Assembly: GCF_902713615.1 (NCBI RefSeq) | Contig: NC_052162.1 | Location: 55,055,990 to 55,119,989 of the forward strand | Reading direction: 5' to 3' | Length of the DNA stretch: 64,000 nt | Source of the DNA: Scyliorhinus canicula | Lineage: Eukaryota | Shown: positions 45,430 through 58,650 of the stretch, one piece after another | Position numbering within the stretch: position 1 is the first letter of the stretch | Layout: each line of letters starts with the position of its first letter | The notes under the pieces: model-generated | Databases searched by the model: none | Told to the model about the DNA's origin: nothing | The model's input: only the letters and a program-made list of their open reading frames with translations | Made by a program: the position numbers and the translations under genes

Positions 45430-45625
45430 CCCAATGGGTAAATTAGATGAGTTCGAATTGGCTACCGATGAGCATGCGCACTCGAGATTCAAGTGATGAT
45501 TGGTTCGCAACGAGTGTGCGCAAATACGGTTCAAATGCTGATTGGCTATTAAAGAGCATGCGCGAGTCGAATCGACGGTCGGATTGGTTGCTGATGGGTT
45601 GGTCAGTGCACCTGCGCGCAGGTTC
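45430..45625 (+). promoter_or_regulatory. mars2: mars2 promoter: CCAAT boxes phased at 42 bp with NRF1-like sites
   Basis: ATTGG at 45457, 45499, 45541 and 45583; GCATGCGC-like sites at 45472, 45514 and 45556; CpG island. Confidence 0.7.
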
Positions 45626-45668
45626 CAGTCGGGGAGATGTTCGTGGGTGCACCGTCCAGCTGCCCGGT

Positions 45669-45951
45669 ATGACAGGCTCCCTGTCCAGGCGGGCTCTCCG
45701 CCTGATTTCTCAGCTGCCGTCTGTCTGCTCATTCCCTGGCAGTAGGCAGCAGGCATTCGGCCGCCTCCTGCCCGCAGGCCGCGCTCCCTCCTCGGGCTCT
45801 GCGGTCGGCCCCAGCAGCCCTTCCCTCATCACCACCCCCATCTTCTACGTGAATGCGACTCCTCACATCGGCCACCTGTACTCAGCGGTGCTGGCGGACG
45901 CTTTGTACCGCGCCAAGATTTTACTGGGACATGAAGCCAAGTTTGCAACAG
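45669..45951 (+). CDS. mars2: mars2 exon 1
   Basis: Targeting peptide and HIGH motif; donor gtaccg. Confidence 0.9.
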
Positions 45952-48900
45952 GTACCGGGAAGCAGCAGCCGGTCATCCCGTGAAGAGAACCGGGATACTC
46001 CTCCTGGCCTCCCTCCGGATTGTTGAATAGTGGAGTTGGTCAAATTAATTTGGGGAAAGCTGCGCACCTGTTGTGTTCAATGTTTATAGTACTATAGTTA
46101 TCCAGGAGTTAGAAGTAGTTTTAACTCTTCTAACTCTCCTGGGTAACTATTCCTGCAAGACAGTCGGAACCATCTGAAAACTGTGATTTGAACGGAACCC
46201 AGTGCAGGGTAATTACCCAACAGAATTTGTACTTCCTGGGCAATGGCATGCAATCTTTATTTGGGGCTTCAGAGGGTTTCACTCGTGCATCTGTGGAGCA
46301 CTTCTCAGTTACGATGCCCTCCTGGGGTTTGGAAGTTATGGGCCCTTATTTTGCTTTCCATACATGATTCAAATGTAATTTATAGTTTTTGTTCATGTTG
46401 ACTTCGACACAACAGTGAGGATACTTTGATCTGGTTGAAGAGCATCACTGTTGCTTGCCCATTACAGATCCTCTGGAGGGAACTGCACTGAAACAGAGTC
46501 TGGGTTAGTGTAGATTCTGGTGCCAAGCCTGCAGAAAATCTGTGGGATGTTGTACTGGTGGTGACCAGCAAAACCCATTCTATCATCACTGAGGGCTAAC
46601 TCTGGGCTATTGTGTGTCTTGATAGCTGCATTGTGCCTGAATAAATAAATGAAGCATACCCATCATATATATTTGTCCAACAAGTGAGTCTGACTACGAG
46701 CGACCTAATGAGACTTGTAAATATATTGCCATCTGGGGAAAACATTACTGTGACAATGCAATGTGAATATCAAAAAAAAAGGAAACAAAAATGTTGATTT
46801 CCAAGTTTTCAACATCTACAATACTTTGCTTTTTGTTTACCTGAAAAAGGGCTTGGTCCATTAAATATTTAAACAGTGCACTATAATAATATTTGTAATG
46901 ACTGGCCGACTGATGTTTCGTGATAAAGAAACATGCCTTAATCTGATGAAAGATCTCTGAAAATCTCTTTCGCTTTCCACTGATTCTGCCAGAGCCGCTG
47001 CGCATTTCCTACATTTTCTGTTTTTATTTTATATATTAGGTGTTGGGTATTCTTGTATAACACAACTGTATAACTTGTTGCAGGGACAGATGAGCATGGC
47101 CTGAAGATTCAACAAGCTGCAGAAGCTGCAGCTGAAGACCCATTAGAATTCTGTTCCAGAGTGTCTAAAGAGTTCAGGACTTTATTCCAACAGTCCCTAG
47201 TTTCATACACAGATTACATTCGAACCACAGAGGAACGTCACAAAAATGCTGTCCAACATTTTTGGTGCGTCTTGCGTGACGAGGGGTACCTCTATGAAGG
47301 AACATACGAGGGATGGTATTCTGTTCCAGATGAGACTTTCCTGTCTGATTCACAGGTTGTGGAAAGAAAGGATGCATATGGGAACCTCATTAAAGTATCT
47401 ATGGAGAGTGGACACAAGGTAAACCTATGCAAGACACTTGGAAAGTGCTGAATCAATGTACAGATGTGATCAGTACTTTGTATGATAGGATCAGTATACT
47501 GGGGTAGATGTTGATGGAAAGGAACAATACATTTGGCTATTAAGCATGATGCTGTGTGCACAGTCTTCATTTTATAGTCTATAGAATGTTACGGCTGTTT
47601 TAACGTCGGTTAAAGCACGAAAGAAAATGGAAAATTTTCTGTAACTTTTTAGTATTTACCTCATCAGCCTGCCACAAAAATAAACCTTCCCTCTGCACTG
47701 CCCTAACAATGTACCACAAACTGACCTTAAAAGGTCACACTTTTGCATTAGTATAATGTCATTATGCCACTCGCAATCCTTGTGAGCTCTACAAGTGTAA
47801 AATCTAGTTTTGTGCCGTTGCTGCGTGCATGCTGGAAGCTTGATTGAGATGACTTTGAGTTTTGGGTTCTTCGATATTTCTCAGTTATGCACGTATTCTA
47901 GGTAATTCACTGTGTGTTTGTATTTAATCAAATACATCAAAATCCAGTATCTGAGATAAACCTGAGGTAGTATTTGTATTTTGAAATGTATGTATTCTAA
48001 AACGTACTTCTAATTACAGGTGGAATGGACTAAAGAAGAAAATTACATGTTCAGGCTGTCTGAATTTAGACCAATGTTGTTAGATTGGTTGAAGAAAAAT
48101 CCATTTGCAATATGCCCAGAAAAATTCCATCACCTTGTTGTCCACTGGCTACAGGAAGAAATTCCAGACTTATCAGTGTCGCGACAGAGAAATCGTTTGA
48201 AGTGGGGTATCCCAGTTCCTGAAGATTCAACACAGACAATTTATGTATGGTTAGATGCCTTAGTTAATTATCTCACTGTAGCAGGTTATCCAGAGGATCA
48301 TAATCCTTGGTGTTCTGGAGTACATCACATTGTTGGGAAGGATATTCTTAAGTTCCATGCTATATATTGGCCTGCTTTCCTAATGGCAGCTGGCCTGCAG
48401 TTACCAAAGCAAATCTATGTACATTCACATTGGACAGTCAATGGCCAGAAGATGTCCAAGAGCCTTGGCAATGTTATTGATCCCATGGAACGATTTTCTG
48501 TGTACACTGCTGATGGCTTCAGATATTTTTTGCTGCGGCAAGGTGTGCCAGAAACAGACTGTGACTATTATGATGATAAAGTGCTTAAAGTTCTAAATGC
48601 AGAGCTTGCAGATGCGTTGGGAGGCCTCCTTAACCGTTGTACAGGCACACGTATGAATCCTGACCAAGTCTACTCACCTTTTTCAACTCACTGTTTTCCT
48701 AAGAGGCCCTACATGGGCCATTCAAGCAGAGCAACAATTGAGGATTACAAAATGATACAATTAGTTGAGCAGCTACCTTTGGACGTTGAACACTGCTTTG
48801 AAAAGTTTCAAATTTATAAAGCTTTAGAAGCTATCAATTTTTGCATTCGGTTAACAAATGGCTTTTTCCAACGGCATGCTCCCTGGAAACTAGACCGAAA

Positions 48901-49192
48901 AAATGCTGAAGATTGCTGCTGGCTGGATACCGTGCTTCATGTCACTTTGGAATGCTTGCGGGTTTACGGGATCCTTTTGCAGCCAGTCATCCCAGCACTT
49001 GCTAACAAATTGCTTTCGCGATTGGCTGTTGGGCCACAGGAACGAGGCTGGAGACATTTGAACTTCTTGGCCAAATACCATAATAGTATTTGCCCTTTTG
49101 AAGGAAGAAAGTTGGGGCCTGATAGCGGACTCTTGTTTAACAGATTGGAAAGGACAGATAAAAGACAGAGCAAAGCTCAAGGAAGATGTTGA
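45669..49192 (+). CDS. mars2: Methionine--tRNA ligase, mitochondrial; 3 exons, 596 aa
   Basis: Exons 45669-45951, 47084-47418 and 48020-49192 (1791 nt, GT-AG). Arg/Ser-rich presequence; [30 protein letters not shown] and KMSKS motifs. Confidence 0.95.
47084..47418 (+). CDS. mars2: mars2 exon 2
   Basis: [12 protein letters not shown]...[12 protein letters not shown]...ESGHK. Confidence 0.95.
48020..49192 (+). CDS. mars2: mars2 exon 3
   Basis: [14 protein letters not shown]...KMSKSLGN...stop TGA. Confidence 0.95.
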   Translation: MEWTKEENYMFRLSEFRPMLLDWLKKNPFAICPEKFHHLVVHWLQEEIPDLSVSRQRNRLKWGIPVPEDSTQTIYVWLDALVNYLTVAGYPEDHNPWCSGVHHIVGKDILKFHAIYWPAFLMAAGLQLPKQIYVHSHWTVNGQKMSKSLGNVIDPMERFSVYTADGFRYFLLRQGVPETDCDYYDDKVLKVLNAELADALGGLLNRCTGTRMNPDQVYSPFSTHCFPKRPYMGHSSRATIEDYKMIQLVEQLPLDVEHCFEKFQIYKALEAINFCIRLTNGFFQRHAPWKLDRKNAEDCCWLDTVLHVTLECLRVYGILLQPVIPALANKLLSRLAVGPQERGWRHLNFLAKYHNSICPFEGRKLGPDSGLLFNRLERTDKRQSKAQGRC

Positions 49193-49361
49193 AAATGCAA
49201 CATACTCTAATGAATTTGACCTATTTTAGCTCAGCCACATGCAAATAATTTGTTCTGAATATATTGCAAAATGTTAATACAATACTTTTGCACAATGCGT
49301 TTTTTTCTCCTTTTTATAATTTTATTATATCCTCAGCTTTCAGGCGGCATTGTAGCATGAG

Positions 49362-49668
49362 GAAGGCATGGTAGCACAGTGGTTAGCTTTGTTGCTTCAC
49401 AGCATCTGGGTCCCAGGTTCGATTCTTGGCTTGGGTCACTGTCTGTGCGGAATCTACATTCTCCCAGTGTCTGCGTGGGTTTCCTCCGGGCGCTCCAGTT
49501 TCCTCCCACAAGTCCCGAAAGACGTGCTTGTTAGGCAAATTGGACATTGACTTCTCCCTCCGTGTACCCGAACAGGTGCCAGAGTGTGGCGACTAGGGGA
49601 TTTTCACAGTAACTTCATTGCAGTGTTAATGTAAGCTTATTTGTGACAATGACAAAGATTATTATTAT
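49362..49668 (+). mobile_element. V-SINE, (att)n-tail type
   Basis: Head, core and tail. Confidence 0.85.
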
Positions 49669-50049
49669 AGAATAGAATTTTACCAACCCAGGAAGTCATT
49701 CAGACCACCATGTCCATGCCAGCTCACCAGCAGCAACTCTGCTCATCTTGTAGATCTGTAAGTTTTTTTTTTCTCTTTAGACAATTATCTAATGCCCTTT
49801 TGAAAGCCGTGCTTGAATCTGTCTCCACTACACTTTCAGGCAATGTATCCCAGATTGTTATTCCTGCGTTAAAAGGTTTTCTTCATGTTACTGTTGGTAG
49901 TTTTGCCATTCGTCTGGTTCTTGACCCTTTGCCAATGGGATGTCGTCGTCCCACCACCACCCTCTACTCTGTCCAGACTCATGATTTTGAATACCTCTAT
50001 CATATCGCTTCTCAGGAGAACAAACTCCGCTTCTCTGTTCCATCTACAT

Positions 50050-51180
50050 TACTGAAATTTCGCATCCCTGGAATCATTCTTGCAAATTTTTTCTGCACCC
50101 TCGAATGCCATTTCATGCTCCCGAGAGAGTGTGAAGCCCAGAATTGGGCACACTACTCTGGTTCAGTTCAAACTAGTGTTTTATAAAAGTTAACCATATC
50201 CTCCTTGCCTTTGTACTCTTATACCTCTGTTCATAAAACCCAGGAACCTATATATCTTATTAATCGCTTTCTCAACCTGCCCTGGCACCTTCAATGATTT
50301 GAGAACATATATCCCCAGGGTCCTCTACTTCTGTAGCCATTTTAGAATTGTATCCTTTAAAATCTCCTTGTTCTTGCTCCCAAAATCCATCACTCCAAAC
50401 TTCTCTGCCACGTCTGCTCATTCTACCAGGCCTTGTGAATCTGCCTTGTCTTCTTCTGTCCTTTTCACAATTTACAATACTGCCAAGTTTTATCACTTGC
50501 AAATTTTGAAATTATACCCTGCACACCCATGTTCAAGTCATTAATGTGTATCAAGAAAAGCAGCGATGCTAGTACCAGCCCATGGGGAACGTTTATACTT
50601 TCTACCCATCAAAAATATAACCATTCTAGCTACTTTCTATTTTCTGCCATTAAACCAACATTGTATTCATGCTGCCACTTCTCCCTTTTATTTCATGGGT
50701 ATTGCTTTGCAGACAAACATATATGACATTCTACATGAAGTGCAGTAGCCTCATCAATCTTCTTTGTACCTCAACTCAATCAAGTTGGTTGAAGACAGTT
50801 TGTCTTTACCAAATTATTGTTGACTTTCTTTAATTAATCCCAATTTGTCCAAGTGATTTAATTTTATCCAGGACTATTGTTTCTAAAAGCTCTCCCACCG
50901 GCAAGATTAAACTGACTAGTCTACAGTTGCTGGTCTCACCTTTACAACCATTAGTGTACAAGAGTGAAATATTTGCAATTCTCTCATCCCCTGGTGTCAC
51001 CTCTGCATCAAAGGAGGGTTGGGCGATTATGGCTAGTTCCTCTGCAATTTCGTATCCTTGGGCATATCTAATCCAGTCTTGTGTTTTATCAATTTGTTAG
51101 CCTTTCTAATATCTTCTATTAATTTTTATCCCATCCAGTATCTCAACTACCTCCTTTGACTTTGGCAGCAACATCATCCT
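50050..51180 (-). mobile_element. Old CR1-type LINE fragment
   Basis: Degenerate CR1 ORF2 (aactgtagactagtcagtttaatc, gttccccatggg on -). Confidence 0.55.
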
Positions 51181-51196
51181 TGCATGCACAGATCAT

Positions 51197-51500
51197 AGGG
51201 TACACAGTAGCATAGTGGTTAACACTTGCTTCACAGGCCAGGGACCTGGGTTTGATTCCCGGCTTGGGTCACTGTCTGTGCAAAGTTGACACATTCACCC
51301 CTTGTTTGCTGTGGATTCCTCCGGTTTCCTCCCACAAGTCCAAAAAGATGGGATTGTTAGGTGAATTGGACATTCTGAATTCTACCTCCATGTACCCAAA
51401 CAGGCACGATTAGTGTGGTGACTAGTGGATTTTCACAGTAACTTAATTGCAGTGTTAATGTAAGCCTACTTGTGATGCTAATAAAGATTATTATTATTAT
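51197..51500 (+). mobile_element. V-SINE, (att)n-tail type
   Basis: Head, core and tail. Confidence 0.8.
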
Positions 51501-53404
51501 CATTTGTTTAGAACCTCAGCTATGCCCTCTGCCTCATTTTTTGCTTGAGCATATAGCATGCAGTGAGCAGTTGATGGACACATTGGGCGCGGGTTTCCTC
51601 ACCCTTTCCGGCGTGTTCTGCAGTGGTAGAGGGTGGCTTGCCGGTGGCCAGTGGCTGAATCTTCTGGTCTCACCGTTGTCAATGGGGTTTCCCGTTGAAC
51701 ACAACCTTCGTTGCTCGGTGGGGTGTGTTGTCGTTGGGACAGTAAGATCCTGCTGGCGAACGGCCAGCGGATCTCACCCACATCAGTGAACAAAACATCA
51801 CCTGCTGCTCAGGCTCTGAAACCTGGAGCTTAATTTGCCCAAGCTGACATTTCCTGCCTAAGTAAGTGTTTAGGACTAGAGAAGTATGTGGGAGTTCTCA
51901 CATGGAACAGGATATACATCCATGGGACGTAAATGCCTTGCTATGCCGCTACTTATTAGACCTAATTGTTTCAGCAGAAGATTTGAATAAATAAAATCTA
52001 ACCAGCTGCTCTCCAACTAGCTGCTTTTCTTGTGCTGTCTTCACTTTTTTCCAGGGAATTAACTGATTCTAAACCTTTGCCAACATTTCTTTGTGAGGTT
52101 CACGTAATTGACCTGCATCGATTCATCTTTATAATTTTCGGAGCTGTTTTAATGTCAGTATGGTATAATCCTTTTTTTAACCACGTAGGTATCTTTAATT
52201 GTGAGACTCTACATTACTTCTACCTATGGTCAATGATGTAATTTCATAAGTTAATATAAAGTCAATTTTATTTAATGAACCTGGGTTTTTAAAAGTTTTA
52301 TCTAGTCAAGTTACTGCATTCATTATTCTGGTATATGGACTTGGGTCAGTCCACCTGCTCTTTTCTACAGAAAAGGACCCTTATTTGTAATTTTAATGGT
52401 ACACCTGAACATTACCAATGCAATTTGGCAAGAGCAAGAAAATCAGCCCTTCACACAGTATACTTTTATACCTTGTACCTTTAAGGTTCCCGTGTTTTGG
52501 TGTTGTGGTGCTCATTTGTAATTAAATAATTGATTTATTCTTCAAAAAGATTGGCGGGAAACACCCCACTTGGCTTATGCTGTCATTTGAGCCCCATTTC
52601 AGGATTCACTTAGGCTATTGTCATCTTGCACCTTGAGGCCTGTGTTCCTCTAGCTTTTGCTTTTCAGGAATCAACCCCCATTATTTTAGATGCTTTTTCT
52701 GCAATAAATGGCAGTAGTTCATAAATCAATGGCTGGAATTCTGAAGATGCTATTCCCTCAATGTAGTATAAATTTTGATTTGACTTCAATCTATTTTGGT
52801 TTCACAACAAATGAAAAAGAGATCAGCTGTGTCTGAAAAGTAATTTTATTTGTGTCGTGCACAGACTTTTTGTACCCGTGATCATGCTAAATGGGCCGGC
52901 ACAAATTGTTGTAAGATTAAAATGGCAAAAGCAAGTTTGAGGTAATAAAAGAGGACAATCATATATCCTGCAGCTTCATGTGGCTTGAATCAATATCTGG
53001 TTTAAAAACTAATTGGATTATAAAGTGCAACAGAGGAACATATTGGCATTTGCTGCCAGTGACAGAGTATTAGATCCTAACTGCTGTTGGGCTATATGTT
53101 ACCTCACCAGCCACTGTTGTAATAAGCATTAGCACAGTTAAACTTCCAAATTTACAGGAAGTCTGGGGAAATTATTAAATATTTTCAAAGGAAAACCTTT
53201 GTTTTGGACAAAACTTTCAGTACATTGATCTGTTACATTATCACAGATCTTTCCTTTTTCTTCTGCCATTTTTTCCCCCCATTTCTTTCCCTCACTGCAC
53301 TTAAAACATTACGGGTGAGATCTTCTGGCTGTTCACACCGGCGATATGTTCTGGTCCTCCGGATGGTGCACCCCTGGTGTGGATTCAATGTGAAATCACA
53401 TTGA

Positions 53405-53602
53405 TTTTTAAAAATAGAGTACCCAATTTCTTTTTTTCCCAATTTAGCATAGCCAATCCACCTACCCTGCGCATCTTTTAGATTGTGGGGGTGAGACCCG
53501 CGCAGACACGGGGAGAATGTGCAAACTCCATATTAACAGTGACCTGGGGCCGGGATTGAACCCGGGCCTGGATGCAGTGAGGCAGCAGTGTTAACCACCA
53601 TG
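53405..53602 (-). mobile_element. Short V-SINE with A/T-rich tail
   Basis: Same subfamily as the copy at 61411 (gggtactcta...aaaa end). Confidence 0.7.
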
Positions 53603-53744
53603 CTTTGATACATACAAATACTGGTTTCAGGAAAGATATGGTTCATGTTTCAATCTTCCTTTCTTTAAAATGTAGAATTTATAACAGAAATAGGCCATTC
53701 AGCTCACCTGGTCTGGCAGGTGTTCAAGTTTCACACAAAACTCT

Positions 53745-54410
53745 TCCCCCAAATAAATGTGAACGGTGCCAGAGAGGCCCGGCCAAACATACCCACATGT
53801 TTTGGGCTTGTCCCAAACTTGTATGGTTCTATACAGCCTCTGAGGCAATGTCCAAGGTTGTGGGGTGAGGGTGGAGCCATGCCCAAGAGTGGCAATCTTT
53901 GGGGTAATGGAACAGCCAGAGCTACACATGGCGAAGAGGGCTGACACCCTAGCTTTCGCTTCCCTAATCGCACGCCGGACAATCCTCCTCGGCTGACGAT
54001 CAGCAGCATCATTCGCAGCTGCCGACTGGCTGGGAGACCTGGCAGAATTTCTCCACTTGGAAAAGATCAAATACACCATCTGAGGGTCAGAAGAAGGCTT
54101 CCTCAAAGCATGGAGACAATTTGTTGGCCTGTTCAAAGCCAACAGCGACTAGAGGAAAAAGAGATGGGAGAAGACAGACAGGAATACACAACTGGGGGAG
54201 CGAGGAAGAAAGGAGAGAACTCGGGGGAACCAAAGGGAGAAGCACGGAAGGAGGGGGGAGGGGGGTGGAAAGCCCCCCCCCCCCCCCCCAAACCCGCAAG
54301 GCAGGCAGCGGGGAGGAAGGCACACCAAAACAGACGATATCTGTATGGATATAAGTACCACACATACTGTGAATATTAAAAGTAAAGTGTTACTGTGTAT
54401 AAATAGAAAA
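53745..54410. mobile_element. L1/Tx1 ORF2 3' end with an inverted 3' UTR piece
   Basis: CERCQRGPAKHTHMFWACP zinc-binding motif on +; the following segment is on -. Confidence 0.7.
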
Positions 54411-54601
54411 TACAAATACAAATATATTTTTAAATCTCTTCTCACCATATTTCCTGTTACCATATCAGCACATCTCTCTATTCCTTTCTTTGTCCTTGAA
54501 AGTATCAATACTATTCACTTTAATTGTTCCATGTGGTGATGAGTTCCACATTCTAACCATTCTCTGCATAAAGAACATTTTCCTGATTTTTCTGTTGGAT
54601 T

Positions 54602-55042
54602 TTACCAGGATGTTGCCTGGTATGGAGGGAAAATCTTATGAGGAAAGGCTGATGGACTTGAGGTTGTTTTCGTTAGAGAGAAGAAGGTTAAGAGGTGACT
54701 TAATAGAGGCATACAAAATGATCAGAGGGTTAGATAGGGTGGACAGCGAGAGCCTTCTCCCGCGGATGGAGGTGGCTAGCACGAGGGGACATAGCCTTAA
54801 ATTGAGGGGTAATAGATATAGGACAGAGGTCAGAGGTGGGTTTTTTACGCAAAGAGTGGTGAGGCCGTGGAATGCCCTACCTGCAACAGTAGTGAACTCG
54901 CCAACATTGAGGGCATTTAAAAGTTTATTGGATAAGCATATGGATGATAAGGGCATAGTGTAGGTTAGATGGCCTTTAGTTTTTTTCCATGTCGGTGCAA
55001 CATCGAGGGCCGAAGGGCCTGTACTGCGCTGTATCGTTCTAT
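54602..55042 (+). mobile_element. Young CR1-type (HER1-like) LINE 3' end
   Basis: Open FTRMLPGME...LFSLERRRLRGDLIEAYK...TRGHSLKL...FFTQRVV, plus tail. Confidence 0.9.
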
Positions 55043-55662
55043 TTATTGGTGTCCATCTTGTATTTAAGAACGTTTTCATTCTTTTCGACGATTTGATTCT
55101 CTCCCATGTCCTCTGCTTCTCTATGGTTTTGCTTTTCTGATTCTTCCCCTGATGCAATCTTGCCCTCTCAGGAACAATAATTAGCCTCTTAGCTAAGAAA
55201 TATCTGAACAGCAGAATACCAATCAAGCCTGTCCTGCCATTCAATAAGATGATGATTGATTTTTATCTTAACTTCATCTATCAGTCTAATTCAGCATGTG
55301 CTTTGTTTTCTTAAAGTCATAGGACAAGCTGAACAAGCTCTAGCCAAGCAGCATAATAATGTACTGCACAGTATATAACAGTACCACCCTTAGGTTACGT
55401 TTTGGGATTTCTGGCTATTTCATGACAAGAGGGATCTTGACAATTTATATTGTCAGGCTTACCTCCCCAGGCACTAGATTCACAGAGTGACCACGTGCTG
55501 GGTAAGGGTTGGCCACTTTGCTAAATGTTATCTCTCACCCAGCGAAGGTTCACCAGACTGATTCCTGAGATGGCAGGATTGTAGTAGGAGAAGAGATTGG
55601 GTTGATGAGGCCCGTATTCACGGAGAGGGGATCTGACTGAAACATAAAATTCTGATACAATG

Positions 55663-56345
55663 TCCCGGGTATTGAAAACGGGTGGTAATGATGTCCCGGG
55701 TATTGAAAACTGGGGTGCTAATGAGCCCGGAGGTGGCAATCTTTGTGGTTTTGGAGGACCCGGGAGTCCAGGAAGAAAGAGAGGCTGACGTTCTGGCCTT
55801 TGCTTCCGTGGTAGCCCGGCGACTCATACTGTTAGCATGGAGGGACTCAAAGACCCCGAGGGCTGAGATATGGCTATCGGACATGGCAAGCTTTCTTGGC
55901 TAGAGAAAGTCAAGTTCGCCATGAGAGGTTCGTTACTAGGGTTTGCCCGAAGGTGGCAGTCATTTATTGACTTCTTTGCAGAGGAGTAAGCATCAGCTGG
56001 GGGGGGCAAGGGTAAAGTAGAGTAGGGGGATATTGAGGCAGGTCCATGCGTGAACAGAGCCGTGGTTTGCACTATGTTTATTTTGTTATTTGTGTATTGA
56101 CTTTTTTTTGCACTGTACAATGTCACTTTTTCTATATGCCTAAAATGCCTCAATAAAATTTTTGTTTAAAAAATAATTTTTATTAAAGTTTTCACAAATA
56201 TCAACAACAAAAATGTAAAGTACAAAATGCAAAAAATGTAAAGGAAACTCAGTAACAAAAATAATAAATTAACACCCACCCAAAGACACAGCAAATATAT
56301 ACACCCAGAATACCTCAATAAAATTGTTTGTAAAAAAAAAATAAT
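55663..56345. mobile_element. L1/Tx1 3' ends inserted in a CR1 fragment (CR1 at about 55530-55660 and 56390-56668)
   Basis: LAFASVVARRLILLAW motif with aataaa/poly(A); CR1 NFFTQRVLNLWNSLP resumes afterwards. Confidence 0.65.
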
Positions 56346-57112
56346 ATTCTGATACAGTTGGACAGACTGGATGTTGTATATTTTCCCTGACTGGAGGGGT
56401 CTAGAACAAAGGGTCACAGTCTCAGGATATGGAGTTGGCCATTTAGCATTGAGATGAGGAGAAATTTCTTCACCCAGAGGGTGTTGAACCTCTGGAATTC
56501 TCTCCCACAGAAGGCCAAGTCACTGAATATATCGAGGAAGAAAAGAGATAGATTTCTAGACATGAAAGGTAGCAAGGGGTTTGGTGAGAGAGGATCAAGC
56601 ATGATCATATTGAATGGCACAGCAGGCTCGAAGGGCCGAATGACCTCCACCTAGTTTCTATGTTTCTGTCTTGCAAGCCACATTGAAGATCTGTGAGCCA
56701 CAGCGCCATTTTGAAGAGGGAGCAAAGAACTGCACGGCAATCTTGATGTTAGCTACAGTCAATGGAATGATATCTCACAAAGAAAATGATGGCACTGCCA
56801 CACAAATTGGTGTAATTAGTGCCAGAGATTTGAAATGCTGTCATTCACTTCCCCTCTCCACAGATGCTCCCTGACCGGATTCTCATAACAGGAATGATAG
56901 TTCTGTCTTTAAAAAAAAAATAGAATTATCAAGTTAAAGCAACAGTTGACCAGCTTTTAAGATCCACCTGAAACTCAACTCATTGATCATGCTTTTGGTG
57001 CCTCCTTTTAATCTCTACCTTTGGCTTGGTGTGTGTACATTGTCCTCATATCTCTGATGCCTTCCCGTGTTTCCTACAGGGCTCTATTTAAATGCTGGCT
57101 ATTCCTGGCTAA

Positions 57113-57449
57113 AGGGCAGCACTGTGGTTAGCACAGTTGCTTCACAGCTCCAGCGTCCCAGGTTCGATTCCAGGCTTGGGTCACTGTCTGTGCGGAGTCT
57201 GCACATTCTCCCCGTATCTGCGTGGGTTTCCTCCTGGTGCTCCGGTTTCCTCCCATGGTCCAAAGATGTGTGGGTTAGGTGGATTGGCCATGCTAAATTG
57301 TCCTTGGTGCCCAAAAAGGTTAAATGGGGTTGCTGGGTTACGGGGATGGGGTGGAGGTGTGTGTGGGCTTGGGTAGGGTGCTCTTTCCAAGGCCGGTGCA
57401 GACCCGATGGGCTGAATGGCCTCCTGCACTGTAAATTCTATGAATCTAT
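57113..57449 (+). mobile_element. HE1-like V-SINE
   Basis: Full head, core and tail. Confidence 0.9.
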
Positions 57450-58392
57450 TGTTGAATACAAAACCATAATGCCAGATTTCATTCCTACTCTGGGTTTTCT
57501 TAAAAATCTTTGCAGGGGGCACCATTAGGAGTTCAACAAATCACCCTGCAGACATGAGTAATAAAGAGGCTGGAAAATCAACCAAAGTTTGCACTAGTTG
57601 ATTAGTATCCTGACACTTTTACTGGACGTGTCTGACTCACTAAGGACAGTCGCCGATGATACTCATTGCAGTAGAATGAGGTACTGTAACATTCACAGTT
57701 TAAAACAAAAATCTAGCTGGACAACCATAGGAGGATTCCCTTCCTGTGGAACTGCACCAGTCACTGCTTTCAGGAGCCAAGGACTACAAGGGAACAAATC
57801 AGTACCAGTTATAACATTTAAACAATTAAAAATATAATTTGCACGAAAGATGACCAAAGAAAAACCCAACCAATTTGAACCGCTTTACGGATACAGAGAG
57901 ATTTCACATTTAACCAAATGAAGTGGTGATTGCAGCTTTGAAGTCCCTGTCAGTGACGGGTTCTCTCGGCTGTGTTATGAGCAGTGCTTTGTCCTGATGT
58001 TCAGCCTCCATCACTGCGTCAATTTCACCTGATCAATTACTGCGTGGCCCCATTAATCAGCACAAAAACACACAACGCGAGGAGAGCGAGGGCAACAACA
58101 AAAAAAAAGGAGCAGCCTTCTAACATTTCCAGTTTCATCGTCAATCCAATCTCTTCCAATCAAACTGGAAAGAAAAAAAAAATCCCCAGCAAGCTTCGAC
58201 CTGGTAACGATGCTGTTTCAGACAATCTCAGCCCCGACTCGCATGTCGCCTATTTGATTTTTTTATGTCAAATATTTTGATCAGCCGGTTGTGGTTCCGT
58301 CGGTGGAGACAAGGGCTCCTTACCCCCTTTAAGGTCATTTTGCGAAGATTTGTTTGACTTTCGTTAATAGCGCTAAGAGGTTAATTTCCAAT

Positions 58393-58650
58393 ATGGCAAA
58401 CCGAGTGGCGGCGAATGGTGAGACCCGGGGCTTCACATCTTCTAAAAAGGTGTCCACAGATTATGAATCGTCTTTGGAACTCTCCGTGCAAGCGCGGATA
58501 TTTAAAATTATTGTCATCGGCGACTCCAATGTTGGTAAGACATGTCTGACCTTCAGATTCTGTGGAGGGACCTTCCCCGACAAGACCGAAGCCACCATAG
58601 GAGTAGATTTTCGAGAGAAGCCGGTGAATATAGAAGGAGAAACGATCAAG
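58393..58650 (+). CDS. rab33a: Ras-related protein Rab-33A, coding exon 1 (gene continues beyond the window)
   Basis: [42 protein letters not shown], where [12 protein letters not shown] matches RAB33A rather than RAB33B; 86 codons, then donor gtaacc. Confidence 0.9.

Noticed and set aside
45165-45446. Collagen-like GGPVGPAGLS ORF
   Set aside because: Translation of the 30-bp minisatellite; no strict Gly-X-Y register or gene structure.
45447-45668. In-frame upstream extension of the mars2 ORF (MSSNWLPM...)
   Set aside because: It runs through the promoter; the repeated DW/NW residues are just the ATTGG boxes. ATG 45669 gives a typical presequence and a length close to the human protein.
58354-58392. 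Upstream TTG-initiated extension of rab33a
   Set aside because: Non-ATG start; ATG 58393 gives an 86-codon first exon consistent with vertebrate RAB33A.
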